43,349 bases of DNA from Nemertoderma westbladi. Its lineage: Eukaryota > Animalia > Xenacoelomorpha. The notes under the pieces were generated by a model. It saw only the letters and a program-made list of their open reading frames with translations. It made no database searches and was not told where the DNA came from. Position numbers and translations under genes: made by a program. Shown here one piece after another: positions 1 through 9,558 of the stretch. The stretch covers positions 1-43,349 of the forward strand of contig JAUCBJ010001230.1 of assembly GCA_032718475.1 (NCBI GenBank), written 5' to 3'. Positions within the stretch are counted from its first letter, which is position 1. Each line of letters starts with the position of its first letter.

Positions 1-323
1 GGATCCCGTCACATTCCCTGATTTGGTAAAGTGACTGTTTATTGTTTTGGTTAGAAAACTCGGCCTTAACCTGCTCCTTTCCATCAATTGGTAATTGTTT
101 TTGGCTATAAAATGAGTGTTTTGCTACGTCATGTGGTAATCGATTATCGACAACAACCACAAACTATTAAATATAGAGTCTTTTTACCACAGGCGCATAT
201 GGAAATCTATCTCATAGTCTATAAATCATGGAATCATGGAATGTTTTGGCACAGGCATAGTGAAATCAACTGTCTGACAGTCCAGAAATCAGCAGTCTGA
301 CAGTTTGAAGAAATACATACATA

Positions 324-430
324 AAAAGTCATTAAAAGGACAATAAAAGTCATTAAAAGGACAACAAAAGTCATTATGCATAATTCGTAAAAAAAAATGA
401 CAAAAAAAGTCAAATAAAAGGACATAAAAA
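324..430. repeat. Degenerate ~21-bp minisatellite (AAAAGTCATTAAAAGGACAAT), about 5 copies
   Basis: Repeated AAAAGTCA...AAAAGGACA units are visible. Confidence 0.6.
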
Positions 431-726
431 ATCACTGCCGAAGTAAAAGTATCAGTTCGCTGATTACTCGCAGTTTTGACTTGCCTCGCCCCGCATAGCA
501 ACATCCAGACATCACTATAATGTTGCTGTGCGTTAAAAGTACCAATAATATTTATAGATACACCCCGAGAATGGTAAATAAAGAAATATATAAATACGAA
601 ATATTAATTACAGTACTACTGTACAGTTTTATTGTAGGCCTATGTTTATTACCGGTCGGTAACTTTAAACTGAAACATTTTTCAAAATCATAACTGTCAT
701 TGAATGGGTACGGGTAACTGCAGACT

Positions 727-1654
727 GACAAGTCCCTAAAAGGTGCCACCCTGCTCCATAGCGCGGGAAATTCAAATGATAGAAAGGCATGTAATTTGTA
801 CTGGAAAGGCTACTACTGTACTATATTTTGGCGGTAAATTCAAATCTGTTTTAACATTGAATACATGAATAGAGTAAGACTTAATGTAATTCATTGAATC
901 AGAATAAATTATTTCTTATCGGTTTAATTCACTCATCGGTTATTGTTGTTGTTTTATCTATTGTGGGTCTTCGAGCAGCACGTGAACAACTAAGCCGACT
1001 ATGGTTAACTAGTCTGGTACTTCGAGCAGCACTTAAACAACTAAGCCGACTGGTTAACTAGTCTGGACTTCGAGCAGCACGTGAACAACTGAGCTGACTG
1101 GTTAACTAGTCTGGGACTTCGAGCAGCACGTGAACAACTAAGCTGACTGGTTAACTAGTCTGGGACTTCGAGCAACACATTCATTCATAATAATATTTTA
1201 TCATATTATATGTCATAGAATAATTAATTAAAAAACTTAATTTTCAATTTTGCTCGAAGTCCCAGACTAGTTAACCAGTCGGCTTAGTTGTTCACGTGCT
1301 GCTCGAAGTCCCAGACTAGTTAACCAGTCGGCTTAGTTGTTCACGTGCTGCTCGAAGTCCCAGACTAGTTAACCAGTCAGCTTAGTTGTGCACGTGCTGC
1401 TCGAAGTCCCAGAATAGATAAAACAACAACAATAACGGATGAGTGAATTAAACCGATAAGAAATGATTTATTCTGATTCAATGAATTACATTAAGTCTTA
1501 ATTCATCTATTCAATGTTCAAACAGATTTGAATTTACCGCCAAAATATAGGTGGCAGATCTGATCTGCCACCCTTTCCAGTACAAATTACATGTCTTTCA
1601 ATCATTTGAATTTCCCGCGCTATGGAGCAGGGTGGCACCTTTTAGGGACTTGTC
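727..1654. mobile_element. Non-autonomous foldback element (MULE/FB-like) with 49-bp tandem repeats in both arms
   Basis: Inverted arms at ~727-1174 and ~1249-1654 (GACAAGTCCCTAAAAGGTGCC...GGCACCTTTTAGGGACTTGTC) surround an AT-rich spacer. TSD TGCAGACT at 719-726 and 1655-1662; an alternative reading gives a 10-bp CTGCAGACTG if the ends are 728/1653. Confidence 0.85.
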
Positions 1655-2019
1655 TGCAGACTGTGTGATTGAGATTATTTATTGAGGACTATAGTCTGAT
1701 ACCGGTAGTAGGTATCGTATAGGAACGAAACAACAACTGGTAAAGATTACACGACAAACTGAAATTATTTACACTGATTTAACACAAGCAGACAAGGCAC
1801 AAAATCTAATTAAAATCACAAATTGAATTTTTAAAAGAATAACTGAATAACTAGGCCTACAGAAGTATGTAGGTTAAAAGCTCGGTAACACAAATTACCA
1901 GATTACTGAATTAATTATGATTGTGATTGTCATTATGATATGTGATTGCAGGATTGTTACCGGTACCTAACTGCCTAAGCGCGCTGCGACGAGCTATGGC
2001 CTACGGGTCCGTCTAAACA

Positions 2020-2312
2020 CCCAAATCACAACAAATCACACAAAATCACAACAAATCACATCAAATCACAACAAATCACACCAAATTACACAAAAAATTC
2101 TAATTTTTATTTTTTTCTAATTGTTTATTGTTTTGGTTCGGTTCCTTCTGGCTACCACTGTCTGACTGTAACCTGCTCCTTTACTTTTCAATTTTTTTTT
2201 TGTGATTTGGCAGTTTGGTATGATTTGGTATCATCGGCCAGTCGGCTGTTCAGTGTGATTTGGTAAGGTGTGTTTTGGTTTTGGGATTATTATTTTTTGT
2301 GATTTGGTTTGT
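2020..2312. repeat. Diverged foldback-like repeat with CAAATCACA and TGTGATTTG arms
   Basis: CAAATCACA units at 2022-2093 are mirrored by TGTGATTTG units from 2201. Termini and TSD not resolved. Confidence 0.5.
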
Positions 2313-3239
2313 GGTTTTTACTCAAATACCGGTACTTCAGATTTGTGATTCTTGAACATTGAGCAGTTATTCAGGCAGTCAGGCCTAGGCATATAGGCCT
2401 ATTACAGTATTACCTGACAGCCTGATTACATATTACAGTACTGCAACTGCAGTCAGGCAGTAGGCCTATTACAGTATTAGGTTGGCGAAAGTTTACAAAT
2501 ATAGCTTTAGCTTGACAGCTTGATAGGCCTATAAATTCTCCTTTCTGGGACTTGATGTTGACCATTGACTGCAGCTGCCGGTATACCGTAACCGGTACAG
2601 GCAGACAGGTACAGGCTGACGGGTCCGGGTCAGCCGGTATACAGTCAGACAGGTATAAGGCTGTAAGGCCTATCTACTGATACTGCTATAGACCTACCGG
2701 TATATACTTACATTTATTTCTTCATACCGTCAGACCGTTACAACTGTCAGACTGTTTATTAATGAGCAGATGAGTGATGCCCCTGAAATCCCAAGAAGGT
2801 ACCAACATCTGAATCTCGCTCGACGATGGCAGGAGGATGGGTACCGGTACCTGTATGATAAATTAACACTGGCAGACTGGAAAAGGCTATTACAGTATTA
2901 GGCAGATCAGATAGGCCTAAACAGGTAAACCACGTGAAATATAACGAAATGACCCAATGAGAGGCAGCCGAACGATTTAGAGGGCCGAGGAGCACGATAG
3001 TGCACGTCCAGGTTGGAATTTTTGTAGAGTTTGCTCAACATGTGTGGCGCGGATTAAGGATCCTGGCGCGTAGTGACAGGGGCGTGTGGCGCGCATTGTG
3101 CATTGAGGATCCTGGCGGTCCTGGCGCGAATATGGATGTAGGCCTAGGGTTAGGGTAGGATGTAGGTAGTGTAGCGGTACACTGGCAACACATCCCACAC
3201 TACAGCTCTATTTGAAATTATTCCATAGGTTTAAACAGA

Positions 3240-5178
3240 CAGTCGGTGAGAAGTCAAAAATTGGACTTCAAGTCCAATTTTAGACTTCAAGTCCAATTTT
3301 GGACTCCAAAGTCCAATATTGGACTTTACAGTAGTACAACTCCAAGTGTACCCATGCTGCCATACTGTATATCGGTATTTAAATCAAAACTTCATCCCGT
3401 ATCAGTACATATATATTACATAATTACAATGCATCATCATTTTACAGTTTTAATGATCAAATTAATTATTATAAGTATTATAAGCAGGGATCGCACACGT
3501 ACAGTCAGACATCAGCAGTTACTTTTTGCGGTAGTGGTATGGCTTTGCGGTAGCCTTACTGCCTTAGCGGTGTATACCGCAGTAGCGGTAGTTGAGTTAT
3601 AGCTGTATAGTTCATTCATACCCATACCTGTGGTATTTTCGTATGGCAAAAATAAGACTACTGAAAACTGTAACCTATTATGTAATTGAGTTAATGTTTA
3701 TTGACTAATTGTTTTGATTAGGTTCACTGCGTCAAGTACAATATACACAGCACATCTCTGCATCTCCAACCAGACACTATAACATTGGGGTTGGAGGTGT
3801 CTCATTCAGTCATTGGTTCCCCCAAGCTTGACACTAGAACAAAGCCGCCTCCGCTTTGCAGGACATCGCTTTTAAGCCGTGAGGACCAGCCAGTGCACCT
3901 CATGGAGTGAATAAGCATGGTGGACTGGACAGCCCATGACTTTCTTGAGAAGCATCTTTCTTACTGTCTTAAAGGACACTGGCCTTGAAAATGCGAATGA
4001 TCTAGCAAATGTCATGGGTGATAAGGCTGTAAGAGTGTAAGGGAGTTGTGGAGGCGCACTTTTGTCAACAAGCCGGCACAGCATTCTTAATACAGTAATA
4101 GGGTCTATATATATAATGCAGCTGTAATGCAGCATGCCGATTGTAGTAGTATTATGTGGTGAGGTGATAAGGCTCCTTCAATTGGTAAAGTCAAAAGTGG
4201 CCGTTTATTGTTTTAGTTAGAAAAGCCTGCCTCTGTAACCTGTTCCTTTCCCTCAATTGGTTTATAATTATGACGTGTGTTACTTCTTACTTCTGTACTT
4301 ATTATGTGGAGACCCCAACACGTTAATCAGTTACTAATCCCCTTTCATTATACAGCTGTTTTGAAACACCCTTCCTGTTGTATGGAAAAATTAGAAGAGA
4401 TTGTGGTAGCATCAACTTGTAGTATTTCTTTCTGATAGGGCTCCCATTGCCCATAGGCTTAGACGAAATCGTAGCTTGTACTGTAGTTAGCCTTAGCAGC
4501 AGCTGCAGTTGGCAAACCTGGCTGCCTGGCATTGCTACCAGTTTCCACCAAATATAATTTGTAATTAAATATTTGTTGGAGCATAATCTAATCTAGTCCT
4601 AAAGACTGAAAGACTCTACTGCTCTAAAATCCTGGCCCTGGCCCCTGGGTACATAAGGCTGTAAGGTTAGACATAACATGAATGTAAACAATATGCTAAA
4701 AGCAGAAAAGTAAAGTACAAAGTACCTAGAATGCTAGAATGTACCATTTAGCCTATATTCTAAGTACAGTACACTGAAGATACATACAGAGCTGCAAAGG
4801 CTGAAAGGTAACTTTCCATAACTTAATAGCTTTCTGGCTGTCTCTCATCTGTCATGCTTCATGTACCTTTAAGTTTGATTCTCAAAGTCACGTCCAAAAT
4901 TAGACTTAAAGTCCAATATTGGACTTTTGTAAAAATTCAAAGCCTTATAAAAAAAGTTCCCCCTGGTGAATTTCAGGTCCCCCTGTTCAAAACTCTTATT
5001 TTTTGATATATTTTCGATTAATAAAAAAAAATCCCGCCCGATCCAATTACCCAAGGCCCTGGAACAATTGGCTGATTTGAAGTCCAATATTGGACTCACA
5101 GAAGTCCAATTTTGGACTTGAAATGGAGTCGAAGTCCAATTTTGGACTCAAGTCCAATTTTTGACTTCTCACCGACTG
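3240..5178. mobile_element. Non-autonomous TIR DNA transposon, CAG...CTG termini, 5-bp TSD (superfamily unassigned)
   Basis: 29-bp perfect TIR CAGTCGGTGAGAAGTCAAAAATTGGACTT. Subterminal palindromes AAGTCCAATTTTGGACTT at both ends. TSD ACAGA at 3235-3239 and 5179-5183. Confidence 0.85.
3720..4152 (+). mobile_element. 3' fragment of RTE-like LINE, nested in the 3240-5178 element
   Basis: Aligns by eye with 25060-25393 (CGCCTCCGCTTTGCAGGACAT...ATGCAGCATGCCGAT) and ends in a short GTA tail. Confidence 0.8.
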
Positions 5179-5614
5179 ACAGATTGAAAAATTTCCGCTC
5201 GCTTCGCTCGCGTTTATACTATAAGCCTACTCTTAGCAATGTCTGACTGTGGACAGAGGGACAGATTGAGCATGGACATGACATGACCATTAAAAACATG
5301 ATTTGTTTAAAAAGTTTTTCAATTGTCAGATTCTTCAAACCAATAAAACCATGATTCAGCAGAATTTCCGTGCTCGCTACGCTCGCAATTTAATAACATC
5401 TGTATTTGAAAACAATCGGTTTGCCTACTCTAAATGCTGAAATGTTAAAATTTTCGTGCTCGCTACACTCGCAATTTCATCACATCTTAACGTTGACCTA
5501 CTACTTACTACTACTACCAGACTACTACAGTACAGCAGTACTATCTATCTATTACCGCAGTACTGTCAGACTGTATTTATGTTAACATTATTGGAAAATT
5601 TCCTTGCTCCCTAC

Positions 5615-7618
5615 TAGGGCTCAACAGAAGCTTCGGCTTCGGTTCGGTTCGGGCCGAAGTTTGGCAATTTCGGTTCGGTTCGGCTTCTGCAATTGATACA
5701 GCAGAAGCCCGGAGCAAACTTTGCTAAATATTCCAAGTATTACATTGACTGATTGAGCTAAGACCAGAAGACAGTAAGACTAAATCAATCTGTCCATCGT
5801 TGTACTAATTAATTTTGGAGTGTAAACTTTAAGCAGACTCTGGTGCAGAGCAGACAGTGGTGCAGACAATGGTGCAGACATTGATGCAGACAGTGGTGCA
5901 GACACCTGGTGCAGACAGTGGTGCACGCAGTGGTGCAGAGAGTGGTGCAGATAGTGGTGCAGGCATTGGTGCAGACAGTGGTGCAGACAGTGGTGCAGAC
6001 ACTAGTGCAGACACTGGTGCAGACACTGGTGCAGACAGTTGAGCAGACAGTGGTGCAGACACCTGTTGCAGACACTGGTGCAGACACTGGTGCAGACATT
6101 GGTGCAGAGACAGTGTTGCAGACAGTGGTGCAGACACTGGCACTGGTGCAGACAGTAAAGGGGCGAGCAGGTTAGTAAAGGAGCAGGTTTCAGAGGAGTA
6201 TTGGGGGAACCAAAACAATAAACGTTATTGTTTTGCGGGCTAAGAATACCCAAGCTGCCAAGGGCCAAGAATACTCGCAGGCTAAGAATTCCTGACACCT
6301 TACTGTAGTTAGTGAATGTATATCCCCAGCATGAGACAATAACTTAATGAGCTCGTTTTATTATACAGTAATAAGCAGTGGCTCCAGTAAAGGTAAACAA
6401 ATTAAACATACTCTGTATAAAGTAAGTCATGCAAAAACAATCAAACACTGTCGCTTAAACCTAATCCCCTTTGAGACATTGCTGCTTACAATTTATAGAC
6501 ATTATTGTTAATATGAAAACGGGAATACCGATTAATTACTTTCGTACACACCTCTTATAATTATTTGTAACCAGGGCACATTCACCCGCACGCACCCCGA
6601 CTTGTACTACATACGTCCTCCCTACTTCATGTAGAACCTTTCAGTAGTTACTCGCATATTTGTAGATAATGAAGTCTATGATAAAATATAATATAATTGT
6701 GCCTGGTGGTATTGTGTTTCGTGGTACTCTGGTATTTTCACTCAGGTGTCTGCACCACTGTCTGCACCAGTGTCTACACCACTGTCTGCACCAGTGTCTA
6801 CACCACTGTCTGCACCTCTGTCTGCACCACTGTCCGCATCAGGTGTCTGCACCACTGTCTGCACCAGTGTCTTCACCACTGTCTGCACCAATGTCTGCAC
6901 CACTGTCTGCACGCTGCTCCACTGTCTGCACCACTGGCCGCACCAGGTGGCTGCACCACTGTCTGCACCACTGTCTGCTTAACGTTTACACCCTTAATTT
7001 TGGACTGAACTTCCATTTAAAGGGCATTTTTTTTTAAATGTTTCCAGGTTACTTGGGTAGTTTCAAAATTAGCTTAATTATACAGTAGTTTAGGTTAGGC
7101 TAAATATTGCCATTTTACTTTGTAGTACCCTATTTTTTAATTAATCATAACTTTGATACATAATACCAAATATACCTACTAGCTACTACCTCATATAAAT
7201 AGTATTACAAAGACTACCTGTACTTTTAGTGAGATTTTCTAAATTTGACGTCACTACTGTATGGCTTACTACGGGTGAAAATGTGGTGCATACAGTACTG
7301 CAGTACGTGCATGCATACTGGCATACAGTAAGTATACAGTAGTTTAGGTTAGTAATGTACAGTATGTAAATAGTGCCATTTTATTTTGTAATATTTATTT
7401 TTTTAATTAATCATTAGCTTTCTCGATAAGTCCGCAGACCAAATAGGTACCAGTCTGCCACTGCCAGTCAGCCAGTATAGTGACGTAAATACGAATTTAT
7501 GACCATAACTTGCTAACTTTCTGAACTTCGGTTCGGATTCGGTTCGGTTCGGCCCGAAGTTGGCCCTGCTTCGGTTCGGTTCGGTTCGGCCCCATAAAGT
7601 GCCTTCTGTTGAACCCTA
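5615..7618. mobile_element. Non-autonomous hAT (Ac-like) element
   Basis: 16-bp TIR TAGGGCTCAACAGAAG / CTTCTGTTGAACCCTA with 1 mismatch. Perfect 8-bp TSD CTCCCTAC at 5607-5614 and 7619-7626. (TTCGG)n subterminal repeats at both ends. Confidence 0.9.
5818..6993. mobile_element. Mutator-like foldback element with 12-bp tandem repeats (GGTGCAGACAGT) in inverted arms, nested in the hAT element
   Basis: Ends GAGTGTAAACTTTAAGCAGAC / GTCTGCTTAACGTTTACACCC. 9-bp TSD TTAATTTTG at 5809-5817 and 6994-7002. Repeat arrays at ~5835-6155 and ~6745-6978 are in opposite orientation. Confidence 0.85.
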
Positions 7619-8949
7619 CTCCCTACGCTCGCATATTATTGTTAAAATAAAATATAGGGCTACAATACAGCATTGTAAACTGATCAATTATTAGGCTACA
7701 ATTCAGCAATTACTGCAAACAGGCAAAATTGCAGTCAATTGTTGGCTTGGCAGCTTGGTGCGCATTGGATATGATGGCTGGCGCGATTTTTCGTTTAACC
7801 AGAACGTGTGTGGCGCGCTTTTTGTCAGTATTCCATATAGGGTGCACGTGACATTGTTCAACCTTTTCTGTACCTAAGAAAATTGGTGAAGGTCGGAGTA
7901 CCGGCTGACCGGTACTTTCTTCTTGAAGGAGGAAGAAGAATACCTACCCGTACCGGTAGAAGAAATTTGTATTTCATTTAGCGAATTGGGCTTCCAACTG
8001 GATAAAAAGGAATTTCTAGATCTTGTTCGTGATTATACCCAGAAGTTAGGTAAGGGTAGCCCAGGCCAGGTTGCAAGTCGTGTCGTGTCGACCAGGAGAA
8101 GACTGGTATCGGAATTTCATGGCCAGATGGAAATCCAAGATATCTTGGAGGAAACCGGAGATGCTGATACTTAATCGTCCATTATCGTGTAATGCAGTAC
8201 AGCAGTAATGTGAAAGTTGTCAATGCTTGGTTTTCTCTGTGGAATGACACACTTAACGGAACGGTTAGACTTATTTGTGAAGCCAGCCCAGAGTTTAAAT
8301 TGATGATGAGGGTGGTCTCAGCACTGACTGGCTCTTATCACGTGCTGACGTGTGGCTAAGTTACACGAATAGTTCCCAAAACAGCAAAAGGCACTTTGGC
8401 ATTTCAGCATTTTGGAATTTTTTCCAGGTAGGCCTACCTAAATAATTGCAACCAGCATAAATGCCAAAATGCCAGAGTGCTTTTGGGGAACTGTAGTATA
8501 CATCCTTAAGAGTTCCCGAAAGGCACTTTGGCATTTAATTGTAAATCATTATTAGTGATGATATTACTACATTATACAGTACTGCAATAGGTACGCCTAC
8601 GCCTAAGTGTCTGAGTGTGCATAGCATAGTAACAATTGTAATTGTAATAGACACTCCAAATAACTGCACGACAAGTAAAAATGCATATAACTAACTGCCA
8701 GACTGCAGGCATAAAATATAATATAAATAAATGTGTTGGCAAGCTGTATTTTTCGAGGTATTTGTTATTATACATTTATTATAGGAAGGGATCTAGGGGT
8801 CTTAACCTCGAATGATAAGTTTATTTTACCGAAAATAACTTATCTTTTATTGGCGCAATTGTAGGACTAATCCCATCACATGCGTACTTTTTAACTGGGT
8901 ATTGTACAAATTTAGGAATCGCGTAATTTTTCTTGAAATATCTCTCCAA

Positions 8950-8992
8950 ACCACGTACGCGTTTCGACCTTACTGGGTTTCATCAGCGTGGT
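8950..8992 (-). ncRNA. Minimal type I hammerhead ribozyme (A-C mismatch at base of stem II)
   Basis: Minus strand reads ACCACG-CUGAUGA-AACC-CAGUAA-GGUC-GAAA-CGCG-UA-CGUGGU: 6-bp stem I, canonical core, palindromic ACGCGU stem III, GUA cleavage triplet. Confidence 0.85.
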
Positions 8993-9055
8993 GTCGGATT
9001 CGAACCTGGGACCTTGAGTTGGAAGCCGAGACTACAACCACTAGGCCACAGGTTC
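8988..9055 (-). promoter_or_regulatory. tRNA-derived Pol III promoter segment (A and B boxes), inverted copy
   Basis: Reverse complement contains TGGCCTAGTGG, a CTTCCAA anticodon-like loop and GGTTCGAATCC. Confidence 0.75.
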
Positions 9056-9437
9056 TTGAGATATGGAGTATTAATTCCAAAGCCAGCTGCCATTTTATTA
9101 GCCCCTGATTTTTATTATTGATAGTAACAATGTGTTGGCAAGCTGTATTTTTCGACCAAAAAATTACGCAATTCCTAAATTTCTACAATACCCGGTTAAA
9201 AAGTACTCATGTGATGGGATTAGTCCTACAATTGCGCCAATAAAAGATAAAAAAGTTATTTTCGGTAAAATAAACTTATCATTCGAGGTTAAGATCCCTA
9301 GATCCCTTCCTATAATAAATGTATAATAACAAATACCTCGAAAAATACAGCTTGCCAACACATTGTTACTATCAATAATAAAAATCAGGGGCTAATAAAA
9401 TGGCAGCTGGCTTTGAAATTAATACTCCATATCTCAA

Positions 9438-9505
9438 GAACCTGTGGCCTAGTGGTTGTAGTCTCGGCTTCCACCTCGAGGTCCCAGGTTCGAATCCGAC
9501 ACCAC
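9438..9505 (+). promoter_or_regulatory. tRNA-derived Pol III promoter segment (A and B boxes)
   Basis: A box TGGCCTAGTGG at 9445-9455 and B box GGTTCGAATCC at 9487-9497. Ends in ...CACCA, which overlaps hammerhead stem I. Confidence 0.75.
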
Positions 9506-9558
9506 GCTGATGAGACCCAGTAAGGTCGAAACGCGTACCGGCTGACCGGGTACGTGGT
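9501..9558 (+). ncRNA. Minimal type I hammerhead ribozyme, disrupted by a 15-bp insertion at the cleavage site
   Basis: ACCACG-CTGATGA-GACC-CAGTAA-GGTC-GAAA-CGCG-TA-[CCGGCTGACCGGGTA]-CGTGGT. Confidence 0.8.

Noticed and set aside
3000-3135. TGGCGCG clusters here and at 7755-7820 as E2F promoters or paired element ends
   Set aside because: They are in the same orientation, with no TSD or linked gene identified, so support is insufficient.
5809-7037. Cys/His-rich or antifreeze-like ORFs
   Set aside because: They derive from the 12-bp repeats in the foldback arms.
9438-9505. Functional tRNA-Gly gene
   Set aside because: The acceptor and anticodon stems do not pair properly, and it is embedded in the repeat unit, so it is treated as a tRNA-derived promoter.
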